Shown: piece after piece, positions 10,193-19,942 of the stretch
Layout: each line of letters starts with the position of its first letter
How positions within the stretch are numbered: the first letter of the stretch is position 1
DNA from: Nitrospirota bacterium
GTDB taxonomy: Bacteria > Nitrospirota > UBA9217
Reading direction: 5' to 3'
NCBI GenBank assembly: GCA_963845065.1
Contig: CAWJQQ010000008.1
Coordinates: 512,001-576,000, forward strand
DNA: 64,000 nucleotides
Position numbers and translations under genes: made by a program
The notes under the pieces: generated by a model
Told to the model about the DNA's origin: nothing
Database searches by the model: none
The model's input: the letters and a program-made list of their open reading frames with translations, nothing else

Positions 10193-11605
10193 TTAAGGAT
10201 TCGTCAGAACCAATTCTGACATTTCATCGTCATCCAATTCGCGTTCTCTGCGAATAATCTTTTCTGCCGTATCTATTCCCGATTTAATTGCAACGTCCAT
10301 ATTATAATACCTGAACATACCGTTCCTGCCTGCAACATGCAGATTTTTAAATCTGCCGAGATAGTCATGTATAGCATCGAAATGGAGGCGGTATCCGATT
10401 TCAAACAGCGGATAGGCTTGTGGTACCCTCACCACAACACTGTCTATCACATCATGTTTTTTTATAAGCCCGAGACGATTCAGATTGTCGATAGTAAGAG
10501 TGGTAAGCTTTTCATCCTTTTCGTTCCATATTTCGTCACCCTGAAAACTGAAAAATTCCGCTACTATAATTGTCTTACCGGGGGGTGCCATTTTTGCACT
10601 CCAATTCGTGGGCTCATGGAGCCTGCCAAAGGGAATCTTCTGTTCAGGAATATATATCCATGTCTGGTCGGTGATCTTCTCCCGGTCGAGCATAATTGCC
10701 ACTACGACAAGATCTCTGAACTTGAGTTTTGAAGCCGCATCGAGAATGTCCTGAGGCGGGGAGGGGCGGAGCATCATGACCAGATTCGTCAGCGGCATAC
10801 TTGATATGAACTGTTCTCCCGTTATGTTGCCTAAATTCGGGTGGTTTTTGACTTCGATGCTCTTTATCATGAAGTTAGAATGATTAACGCTTACAACCTT
10901 CATGCCGGTATACACTTTATTGCGTCTTAGAATCTCTTCTCGAAGCCTGTCAGCTATGCGCCCGATACCCAACTGAGGATATAAAAATCTGTCCGCAAGT
11001 GTAAGTACTTTCCCTCCAGGGAATTTAAAAAAAGCGTTCCTGACTGCCTTTGCCAGTGACAAGCCTCGAATCCGCTGTGCAACCCACTCTGAGCTTATTC
11101 TGCTGCATTCAATACCCCATACTTTTTCGCTGTACTCCTTAAAGTAGATAGAGAACATCGTGCGTCCGAAATTACCGACCACCCAATCTTCGAGAGAAAC
11201 AAATTTTTTCTTTTTTACAAGTCTTTTAACTGTTTCGGCTCCATAATCGACCATAATTTGCACCGTGGTCGGCACACCCAGACCGAACAGCGCATTCAGT
11301 GGTTTCAAGGGATAATCGAAATATTTTCCGCGCAAATAGATCTTGCTGCTGCGTCGAACTGAAATCAGTTCTTCAGGCATCAGGTTTCGTACAAACGCAT
11401 CAATGGCCGTATCCTGCGTGACAAACCGGTGGCCGCCTAGATCAAAACGAAATTCTCCTTTCACGATCGTCCTTGAGAGGCCGCCCACAGCATGATCTCG
11501 TTCGAAAACTCTGACGCTGCGTCCTGCGTTTGTCAAGACATAGCCTGCAGAAAGTCCCGCAAGGCCACCGCCAAGTATGATGATTTCATTGCCGTCATTA
11601 ACCAT
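10193..11605 (-). CDS. FAD-dependent oxidoreductase (protoporphyrinogen oxidase/UDP-galactopyranose mutase-like family)
   Basis: GGGLAGL, GGLSRT, FDLGGHRF, WIYIPE, GRNGMFRYYNMD. Confidence 0.85.
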   Translation of the reverse strand: MVNDGNEIIILGGGLAGLSAGYVLTNAGRSVRVFERDHAVGGLSRTIVKGEFRFDLGGHRFVTQDTAIDAFVRNLMPEELISVRRSSKIYLRGKYFDYPLKPLNALFGLGVPTTVQIMVDYGAETVKRLVKKKKFVSLEDWVVGNFGRTMFSIYFKEYSEKVWGIECSRISSEWVAQRIRGLSLAKAVRNAFFKFPGGKVLTLADRFLYPQLGIGRIADRLREEILRRNKVYTGMKVVSVNHSNFMIKSIEVKNHPNLGNITGEQFISSMPLTNLVMMLRPSPPQDILDAASKLKFRDLVVVAIMLDREKITDQTWIYIPEQKIPFGRLHEPTNWSAKMAPPGKTIIVAEFFSFQGDEIWNEKDEKLTTLTIDNLNRLGLIKKHDVIDSVVVRVPQAYPLFEIGYRLHFDAIHDYLGRFKNLHVAGRNGMFRYYNMDVAIKSGIDTAEKIIRRERELDDDEMSELVLTNP

Positions 11606-12170
11606 TTTTATTCCTATTACATGTTGCTGCTACCACCAGATGACAGGGAGTTTTAAAAATTGTTTTCAAGAGAAAATCATTTCATCAGGGTTCTATTGAT
11701 CGAATTGATGTCGTCCTGGGAAATTAATCGCCTAAGTGTTCAGGAGCACTGACATTACAGCATCATCCTCCTCATGTTTTCATGCATCGATGCGTAGCCA
11801 GCGAGTCGCGCTTTAAACGTATTATGATTATAACTGCCTTTCCCTCAGACTGCATAGGAATTTATTCGACCTAATGTCCAATCTAAGCGGAAAGAAGACA
11901 TGAAGATGCATCCCCGGGATGTTTAATCACTGCTTCCTCTCGAGAAGATTATTTACTCGTCAATATATTGTACTCAATTAATAAAAGAGTCGCTTCAGGG
12001 TTAAGTGTGGGAACCCCTAATATATTGATATAGGCAGTTTTCGCGCTAAAAGGATAACTGCCCGATAATGCGAGGCTTTCTACCTTAACTGCCAGGATTT
12101 ATGCTTTTCCCCAACGCTGCGTTTTGGTGCTTCCCACACTCGTTCCGGAAGGACCATAAAAGAATTAACA

Positions 12171-13865
12171 TCAATAATAAAATTGTTTTGTATATATTTC
12201 CACATTAGTTTTATATTGAAATGGATCGGAAAAAGTTTCAAATCTCTTCAATAGCCGATAACCTTCCATCCTTTGTTTAAGATACTGTGGAAGAACGTTA
12301 GACGCCTCGCCCGATATGATTACTATGGGTGTGTTATTTTGTTGAACATGGTTTTCTGTGTAATACTTTGGGTTTTTATACTCCCAGGTAAATCTCAATT
12401 CCCATGTTTCAATATTATTTGGCGGTGGAAAAAACTCTGAATGATATTGATATAATATCCTCGTTTTCGTGAATAGGTCAAGGAGAGGTACCGCTACTGA
12501 AGGATTAACTAAAGAACCTTTGAACGGCAGTGTAAAAACCTCAACGGTTTTTATCCCACTGGCATCGAGATACTCGCCGGTCTCCTTTAAACTTTCAGCA
12601 CTCGTTTTCCACGCAAAAGGGAGGTAGGCAAATATGGCTATAGTGAGTGAAGAGAGCGCGATTGCGAAGACGATAAATCTTCTTAATGTTCTTTCTTCAA
12701 TTTTCTGAAGTCCATAGGCGGCCATCAGGGCGAGCATTGGCAGTACTGGTAGTATATATCTAATCCTCTTGATCTCGAATACGAAGACGAGGACTACCAG
12801 CCAGCCTATTATCATATAGTTCAAATCTCTTTTTTTGAAAGCGGCAAAAATGGAGTAAGCCGCTGCGAGCGTAATAAACGGATGGATCTGGTAAAAAAAG
12901 ATCGAAACAAAACTTTCTCCCCATCTTCCTAACCCCGGCTTCTGATAACTTAACAATAGCCGGATTTGTTCGGAGATCACTTCAAATTTCAATATTACTA
13001 GGACGCCAATTAGAGAACCAGATAATAAAATGACCGCAAAGGACCTGCGAAAAGTTGCTTTCGACTCTTTCTTCAAGTAGACCAGAAAAATGATACTTAA
13101 CACAGAAAGCATTATCCACGTTGAATACTTGGAAAAGAAGGTAAAAAAAAGGGCAAAAGAGGCAAACATTATCATCGGGACCCCGCCCTGATCCAGCGCT
13201 TTCATGAAAGTAAAGATCGACAAGGTGAGAAAGAACATCGTTGGCACATCAACGAGCATAAGCGGCACCTGGGTAAGTAGGAACGGCATGCCGAGGAGGA
13301 GCATCCCCGCAGAAAAACCGATCTCTTCGTTCCAGAGTGCCTTTCCTATGAGATAGGTAAGGACAAGGGTTCCCGAGAATAAAAGGGTCGTGAATGCTTG
13401 GATGGCAATCCTATTTTCCCCGAAACACTTAAGCGTAAGGCCATAGAGAAAAGGGATTGCGGGCAGATCCGTCCATGCTGTAATATCTTTACCCCATTCC
13501 CGTATGAAATATTCGATCCCATAAATCTCAAGGTGCTTAGCCTGAGTAAAATACCGCGAGGCATCCATGATCAGTTCAGGTTCTGTCCAGAAAATCGAAG
13601 TCGTAACAAACGAGAAAAGAAAAAGGAAGACGATGGGGCCGCGCTCAAAGAGTGAAACCCTGGCAAGCGCATACGCTGAAATAATGCCAAGAATGAGAAG
13701 AAGGAAAATGGTGGATGCGTTACCACCTGAAAAAACCCAATGCCATTTGAAAAGTCGATTATCGTCTGCGGAACGAAAGACAAAAAGCGCTAGAAAGGTA
13801 AGAAGAACCGCAAGTGCAGTGAGAATTGCATTGTCGATCTTCTTAAATCTGTCCAGGTTTAACAT
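12171..13865 (-). CDS. GT-C membrane glycosyltransferase (ArnT/PMT-like)
   Basis: Many TM helices, MDASRY first-loop motif, LVDVP, FSKY, RYILP. Confidence 0.75.
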   Translation of the reverse strand: MLNLDRFKKIDNAILTALAVLLTFLALFVFRSADDNRLFKWHWVFSGGNASTIFLLLILGIISAYALARVSLFERGPIVFLFLFSFVTTSIFWTEPELIMDASRYFTQAKHLEIYGIEYFIREWGKDITAWTDLPAIPFLYGLTLKCFGENRIAIQAFTTLLFSGTLVLTYLIGKALWNEEIGFSAGMLLLGMPFLLTQVPLMLVDVPTMFFLTLSIFTFMKALDQGGVPMIMFASFALFFTFFSKYSTWIMLSVLSIIFLVYLKKESKATFRRSFAVILLSGSLIGVLVILKFEVISEQIRLLLSYQKPGLGRWGESFVSIFFYQIHPFITLAAAYSIFAAFKKRDLNYMIIGWLVVLVFVFEIKRIRYILPVLPMLALMAAYGLQKIEERTLRRFIVFAIALSSLTIAIFAYLPFAWKTSAESLKETGEYLDASGIKTVEVFTLPFKGSLVNPSVAVPLLDLFTKTRILYQYHSEFFPPPNNIETWELRFTWEYKNPKYYTENHVQQNNTPIVIISGEASNVLPQYLKQRMEGYRLLKRFETFSDPFQYKTNVEIYTKQFYY

Positions 13866-14013
13866 TATTGGTCAACCAAGGAAAGGCCAGCATAGATAGC
13901 AATAAAACAATATTGCATTGTCTCTGGCTCGCATCCCTTCGGTCCGAGAAAACCATAGGAAACACTTTGGTTGTGAGGCTCATGATGTCCTTGGCCCAGA
14001 CCACGATGTAAGT

Positions 14014-14365
14014 GTCGAAACGAACAACATCAATGTCGGTTTTGTTGAATTTGACAAATATGCTACATGATATAAATGACTTTGTCAAAAGGATTAAGAA
14101 TGCTGTTGTAGACAAGAATCTTCTTGGACATGAACTGCACGAACGAATATTAGCGAACAAGGAGATGAATCGTTCATCTACTCCATATCGCACGACCTCA
14201 TGGCGCCGATCCGTGTCATGTCCTGGTTCGCAAAAATTATAAACGAGGACTACACAGGGAAGCTAGATGCTTAGGGGGTGGACTATCTGGACCGCATACT
14301 CAGAGGTTCGGAGAAATCGATCCGCCTTATTGACGACCTCTTATATCTTTCAAGGATTTCCCGAG
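14014..14365 (+). pseudogene. Degenerate duplicate of the internal segment (about 31191-31540) of the histidine kinase gene
   Basis: Near-identical DNA with frameshifts and a CAG>TAG change (gctTAGggg vs gctCAGggg). Confidence 0.9.
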
Positions 14366-15671
14366 AACCCAAGAACAGCGATAGAAAATGGACAGGCTCT
14401 CATGAAGCATCTACTACCGGTTTTTTGAACTCGCTCGCCCTGTCCAACTTCACAATAACCTCAAAGAGCAACCCTGCTTCACTTTGCAGGGTTTATTTTT
14501 TCTCAAATACCCGAATGAGGGCGCACTGACCCTGTGATGCTTACTTGCTCCTGACTCTTGTGCACGCTATGGTGCCAGATTACCTCATAACAGGCATGCC
14601 TGATGTGCTGAAACAACCCAAACTTCTCATTATCTACCGCCAGTTTGAGGATGACTCGTCCCGCAAACAGGTCCTGCTGCTTCCTCGGCTCGCGCTTTTT
14701 TCTGCCTAAGTTTGGCCTTATCGAGAACTACTAATATACAAACACCGATATGAAGATTTGTCAATTTTTCGAATGGGTATTTTCAGGGTATATGCTTTTA
14801 AATATTGCTTGATAATTCAAGTGTTGCCAAGAATGGAAACTACAAAATAAAAGAAGGCTTTGAGGTGTGAGCTAACAACTTCTAGATGAAAAATACAATT
14901 TCCAGCACATGCAGCTGTTGTTTAGCATATAGCGTTATGTAAAAACTTCAAACGGAATTTTTCGTTTTTTTTGTGGTCATAACTCTCCGCGCTTCACCAA
15001 CAAACATGCAGCCGTGTTGATTAAAAATCATTGCAGAATACAGCTTAAAAATTGCATAACGATGGGGTGAACCGCTGACCCAAGCGAGAATGGCTCGACA
15101 ACCTCCACATGATAACAAAACAATGCTTAAAACACAGCATAGCTATAAATTAAAAACCACAGTATTTTTGTAAGGGATTTTCATTGCAGCCCCCCCTTTA
15201 AAAAGTCATTGAGTAGGCTTCGGCATTATATAAAAAATACATGTCCCATAGAAAAGTCAAATTTAACCAGTTGATTTAATTCGATCAACATCCAAACATT
15301 CTTGAGGACTTTTCGGTCAATTCCTATGACACTTATCCGCAGTGCCGTAGCGATCAAGAAAATGGCTAACTCATTTATGTGTTCACATAATTAAATCATA
15401 TTAGCACAGTAAAAATATGCTGCAATCAGGGGAACCCTGTTTTTTCGTTTCGATTTCCCTGATTCCGCGGCACTCAAGGCATTCTTCTTCAAGGACGACA
15501 AGATGGGGCGCTCTAGAATCAAATTCGGAGCGAAACATGAGGCATTCGAAAAAAGGCGTAGACAAATACGACAGGAAGACCATCGCACACAGTGTTTCTA
15601 CCGGCAATTCTTAATTGTCAGCACACATAGGATACTCAGCAATGCACTCTGAGCCAATGCCCCAAAAAGGC

Positions 15672-16511
15672 TTATTTAATTTCAAAGGATATTCCCGCAT
15701 TCGCAAAAAAGAAATGTTCCTTTAGGACGGCATGCAGCAGTGATGCCTTCACTAATCCGGTGCAATGTGCTACACCGAAATGTTCAATACGATATTTATC
15801 AATTATCTTTAATGTTTCTTTAAATTGCTCTTCACTTGAAAAATTTAAGTGCGTACCGCCAATGACAGCATAAATGGTATCTTTTTTCAGCATTTTAACG
15901 ATATAGTCAAGTATGTTTATCATTCCAGCATGCGCACAGCCGAAGACAATGACCAATCCTTTGTCAGTATCGATAACGAGGGAAAGATCATCTTTCAGCG
16001 GGTCCAGTTTGCTTATTGTACTGTTTTCATTGCGGACAAACATGTTCCTGTCGCCCTTCTCAAATGTACTCATTCGAGGAATTTCACCGGTAACGTATAC
16101 ATTCTTCCCTACATCGATCATTTGGGTGTTAAACTTGAATTCTGCGCCAAGCGATTCCAGATAGATCCTCGCGAAGGGGATTCCTACGTATTTAAGGGTC
16201 CCGTCTCTCTCCCAAAAGCGCTCCGTAAAAATATCCGGATGCGCGAAAACAGTTTTTCGTCCGGTTAGTTGCAGCACCTGTGCCAACCCTCCGGTGTGAT
16301 CATAATGTCCATGGCTGATGATGATCGAATCAACTGCGGCCAGGTCCTTTTTCAGAACCGTCGCATTGTTGATAATTCCCAGTCCCTGTCCGGTGTCGAA
16401 CAGATAATTCCCATGTTCGGTCTCTATGTAGCACGCAAAGCCGTGCTCTCCTATAATCGAAAACGGGACCGCGACAGAATTTTCACACAATATTGTGAGC
16501 CTAGCTTTCAT
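15672..16511 (-). CDS. MBL-fold metallo-hydrolase
   Basis: GEHGF, LFDTG, SHGHYDHTGG, GCAHAG, GGTHL, AHCTG. Confidence 0.9.
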   Translation of the reverse strand: MKARLTILCENSVAVPFSIIGEHGFACYIETEHGNYLFDTGQGLGIINNATVLKKDLAAVDSIIISHGHYDHTGGLAQVLQLTGRKTVFAHPDIFTERFWERDGTLKYVGIPFARIYLESLGAEFKFNTQMIDVGKNVYVTGEIPRMSTFEKGDRNMFVRNENSTISKLDPLKDDLSLVIDTDKGLVIVFGCAHAGMINILDYIVKMLKKDTIYAVIGGTHLNFSSEEQFKETLKIIDKYRIEHFGVAHCTGLVKASLLHAVLKEHFFFANAGISFEIK

Positions 16512-16595
16512 ATATTTTCCTCTTTGATTCGGTTACGAGATCTATTCCCGTCTGACGGGCGTATCAATAAATTCACTTATGGGACATAATGTCGC

Positions 16596-16656
16596 GATTA
16601 ATGCGGCAGCTAGGCCGTGGTCCGCAGGGCCATCGGTCTCGAGCTCCTGGTTCTCC
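16596..16656 (-). other. Degenerate attC site closing an ORF-less cassette (16603-16727)
   Basis: Minus strand GGAGAAC-CAGG-AGCTCGAGACCGATGGCC..GGACCACGGCCTAGCT-GCCGC-ATT; the R'' box is complementary to cassette start GTTCTCC. Confidence 0.55.
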
Positions 16657-16721
16657 TGGCGCTTTGCGCCGGATTAGGAGCTCACGGCTCAACTGCCGCA
16701 TTCTCATGGCGCGAAGCGCCA

Positions 16722-16781
16722 GGAGAACGACGCGGGTCACACGCCGCCTTCTGCGCGTCGCTATGGGCCCGGACGTTAGAT
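16722..16781 (-). other. attC site
   Basis: Minus strand ATCTAAC..GGGCCCATAGCGACGC..GCGGCGTGTGACCC..GTT, just after a stop codon; R'' ATCTAAC complements cassette start GTTAGAT at 17081-17087. Confidence 0.65.
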
Positions 16782-16789
16782 TTTATTTT

Positions 16790-17065
16790 TTACGTTCGCC
16801 AACCATCCCAGTAATCCCAATTTTTTCTTTGCCGCGGGTTCCGATCTTCATTCGTCTGAAATATCTCTGCAATATCTTCTAATGAAAAAGGCAAATCCTT
16901 GAAACCTCTCATCGCAACAGGATACATGGAATTTGAATGAGGATGCCATGAATTACACGGCAATCAGACAGGCGAACAGATACTTGTGTTCCCACCGTTT
17001 GCAAACTCTTCCATTCGAGTGACTTTGTCGAACCTTTTTTCTGGAAGTGTATATTTGAATTGCAT
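16790..17065 (-). pseudogene. Frameshifted cassette ORF of about 90 aa (MQFKYTLP...WDYWDGWRT)
   Basis: Protein-like reading can be pieced together across frameshifts, bounded by GTTAGAT and attC. Confidence 0.55.
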
Positions 17066-17572
17066 TACATTTCGCCTTTGATCTAACAATCTATTGTGGA
17101 GCTTTCTGCATTATATCAAATTCTGTTTTCAGATGGCACATTATTCATGTCTGGTTGAATGGGAATCTCCAAATCATCAAAATCTTAAAATTTGCACAAC
17201 ATGTAAAAATTCATGTTTGAGGACGTTTGTCCAATTCCGCTGACACTTATCCATTGCGCTGTTTTCGAAATGAAGTCTACATTTTCTAAATGAGGCAACC
17301 AGTGTGGACTACAGGAAGGACTCTTGACTAAATATTTTATCCAGTATCCTTCGCGTTATTTGTAGAATAACGGACCTAATAGTCACCTACAATCTCGCAC
17401 ACGTGTTGACGATAAATCTATGCGGAATACGACTTAATAAGTGCATTTGAACGCTCGGCTAAGAAGCGCTTATTTGGAAGTCGTGCTTGAACTGCCACGT
17501 TGTCTCGTTGGTTGTGTTTTATCCAACTCGACCGACACCCAGAGCTCGAGTATCTCTTCTAAATTAAATGCC

Positions 17573-18556
17573 TCATTGGGTAAGTTTCGAGATGCCAACG
17601 TAATACAAATCAAAACCTCCTTTTCCTCCTGGTCGATTAGAGGAAAAGAACATCAGGTCGTTTGTAAAATTCGGCGCGTACACGACTTCCGGTCGGTATT
17701 CATCATAGGCTGTATTGATAGATGGGCCGAAATTAACTGGCGTAGCCCAGCCATCCAGTCCATGCGTCGAATACCATAGATCGAATCCTCCGTATCCGCC
17801 CGCGCGGTCGGATGTGAAAACCATGAGGTTGCCGTTTATAGAAGGACACTTGTCGTTGCCCGTCGAGTTCAAAACGTCCATGCGGGTGATCGTCGCTGTT
17901 GTTGCGGTCGCAAGCCACGTAGGGATGTCAGCGCCCTCAGGAATCTCCGCCCGATAGATATGAAAATTCCCTTCGCGATTCGAAGTGAAATAGAGCGCGT
18001 TGTCAGGTCCGAATGCTGGGTACGCATCGTCGTATGAGGAATTGAGCATGGTAGCCGGATGCGGCTGACCAGTCACGGGATCGGTGAAATAGATATCGAG
18101 ATTTCCCGTTTGATCGCTTGCGTAGAGGTAGATTTTTCTTCCATCCGGCAGATTCATGATATTCGGGCCGAGTTCGTTCGCCGGTGTGTTCAAATACGCC
18201 AGTTCGCTAGTCTGGGGATATCCACTCAAGTAAAAATACCCATCGTACTGGTCGAAGGATATTGACACCTGTACCCCGACGAAATCGAATGTTCCTCCAT
18301 GAGTTGCGCGATTCGACGAAAAGGATAAAGGGAAGGACATAGTTATCATCGGCGGCAGGGCCATGTTGTAATCATCGTATTCGCTGTTCGCATCAGAAAA
18401 ATTCGTTACGCCTGTTGGAAATGTTCCCTGTGTGAAGTTGATTACATAGGTTGGATCTATAGGCTGATTCGAGCCTGAAGAACAGGTGGAGAGGATAAGG
18501 CCAGCAGCGGCAGCTAGGAGTATTAAGAAGTAGTTGCTATTCGGGATATGTTTCAT
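17573..18556 (-). CDS. Lipoprotein with PD40/TolB-like beta-propeller repeats
   Basis: Lipobox LSTC; repeats FSSNR..GG.FD, FTSDRAGGYGGFDLW, FSSNRPGGKGGFDLY. Confidence 0.8.
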   Translation of the reverse strand: MKHIPNSNYFLILLAAAAGLILSTCSSGSNQPIDPTYVINFTQGTFPTGVTNFSDANSEYDDYNMALPPMITMSFPLSFSSNRATHGGTFDFVGVQVSISFDQYDGYFYLSGYPQTSELAYLNTPANELGPNIMNLPDGRKIYLYASDQTGNLDIYFTDPVTGQPHPATMLNSSYDDAYPAFGPDNALYFTSNREGNFHIYRAEIPEGADIPTWLATATTATITRMDVLNSTGNDKCPSINGNLMVFTSDRAGGYGGFDLWYSTHGLDGWATPVNFGPSINTAYDEYRPEVVYAPNFTNDLMFFSSNRPGGKGGFDLYYVGISKLTQ

Positions 18557-18965
18557 TTCACCCCCGCTTATACGTCATAGTTCACTTTACGAAATCTTGA
18601 GGAAGGTTTGAAATTTATCGGCATGTTATTGTACCTCGATAAAATTATAGCATGGTGTCCATGCTACAGTACGATAATCTGCGCTAGAATGCAATCAGGG
18701 ATTCCCTAATTTTGACTTCTGATTTTCCTGAAGCTGTCAGCGAATAAATGTCTGATATTGGGCGGGACAAATGGCGCTACGGGATAACGGCAGTGCGCCG
18801 AGGGAATAAATCTTAAATACTGAATGAAGTATTGACTGTTGCTATGAGTTGATACTCCAATGCTTCAGGATGTTAATCGCTGGATATTATGAATTAAATA
18901 ATTGAACATTTCAACCTGAATTATGGACCCAGGAGTAATGTTCTGCCCCCCCCGTAACATCCCAC

Positions 18966-19015
18966 TTGACAATTTGATACAAAAAGCGTATAGTACGTTT
19001 AGAAAGTTCTAAACG
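18966..19015 (+). promoter_or_regulatory. Sigma70 promoter with adjacent palindromic operator
   Basis: TTGACA-17-TATAGT followed by CGTTTAGAA-AG-TTCTAAACG (18996-19015). Confidence 0.8.
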
Positions 19016-19037
19016 AATCAAAATATAGGAGAGCGTC

Positions 19038-19415
19038 ATGAACCATATCGAACTTTGGCACTTCTTGACTGGTCTCGGGTTTTGCATATTTGTGACTATC
19101 TTAATTATTATGGTCATTCATCGAAGATTTCAGGTGATAATGGTCGATCTATGTGAAGGCGAAGCACGGGCACGATTCTGGACCCTGGCAATAGAGGCGT
19201 GGTTCTTTCTTTCCGGCATCACATCATCTCTCACCTGGCGTCCCGATGGTCTGGAAGAAAGGCAGTTGTTTCTAAGCAGCATCTGTCTGGTCAAAGCTGG
19301 CTTAAATGGAATGTCCAACTCCATCATCCTGTTTTCTGTAGGATTGATAGTTTTTGTTGTTATCCGCAAGTTCAAAGGCAAGGAAATTTCAGAACTACAG
19401 AAGGAGGTAGCATGA
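19038..19415 (+). CDS. Small membrane protein (3 TM)
   Basis: RBS AGGAG; hydrophobic segments; overlaps the next start (ATGA-type coupling). Confidence 0.75.
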   Translation: MNHIELWHFLTGLGFCIFVTILIIMVIHRRFQVIMVDLCEGEARARFWTLAIEAWFFLSGITSSLTWRPDGLEERQLFLSSICLVKAGLNGMSNSIILFSVGLIVFVVIRKFKGKEISELQKEVA

Positions 19416-19936
19416 CGGACTCCGTTCATGAACTTCAGAATGGCACCATGGAAACCATGGGCAAGATTACGGCTTTTTGGGGATTCAGTAAGATCATGGG
19501 ACAGCTTTATGGCCTTCTCTACCTCTCGCCAAAACTTCTAACGCTTGATGAAATGGCCGAGAGTCTCTCTATCAGCAAAGGTAATGTGAGCATCAACATT
19601 CGCGCTTTGGAGCGATGGAACATGGTCCGGCAAGTCTGGGTTAAGGGAGATCGGAAAGATTTCTATGAGGCGGAAACCGATTTTTGGAAGATCATCCGGG
19701 GAGTGCTGAAAGAACGTGAAAAAAAGGAGTTCGATCAGGCACTCGGATCCATCGGTGGACTTCGGAAAAAGGGAGAAGAAGTTCACAAGAAGGTGAGGAG
19801 CGCAGAAACTGCATTTGCTGTCGAACGACTGAAAAAACTCGAAGATTTCATATCAACCATGGATCAGCTTGTCGGCATGATGATGACATTGGAAGACTTA
19901 AAGCATAACTTCCTCGGACTTCGGAAGAAAAAGTAA
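19412..19936 (+). CDS. GbsR/MarR-family transcriptional regulator
   Basis: WGFSKIMGQLYGLL, LTLDEMAESLSISKGNVS, GDRKDFY; RBS GGAGG. Confidence 0.85.
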   Translation: MTDSVHELQNGTMETMGKITAFWGFSKIMGQLYGLLYLSPKLLTLDEMAESLSISKGNVSINIRALERWNMVRQVWVKGDRKDFYEAETDFWKIIRGVLKEREKKEFDQALGSIGGLRKKGEEVHKKVRSAETAFAVERLKKLEDFISTMDQLVGMMMTLEDLKHNFLGLRKKK

Positions 19937-19942
19937 TTCAAA

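Noticed and set aside
14640..14725. Possible third GEMM riboswitch (minus strand CGATAAGGCCAAAC)
   Set aside because: Only the 5' motif matches; the P2 stem, GAAAGCC and P3 cannot be built
15053..15080. attC half-site (minus strand GCGGTTCACCCCATCGTTATGC)
   Set aside because: No complementary arm could be identified
19199..19411. Long N-terminus of ORF 19199-19936
   Set aside because: Overlaps the upstream gene; the real start is ATG 19412 with GGAGG
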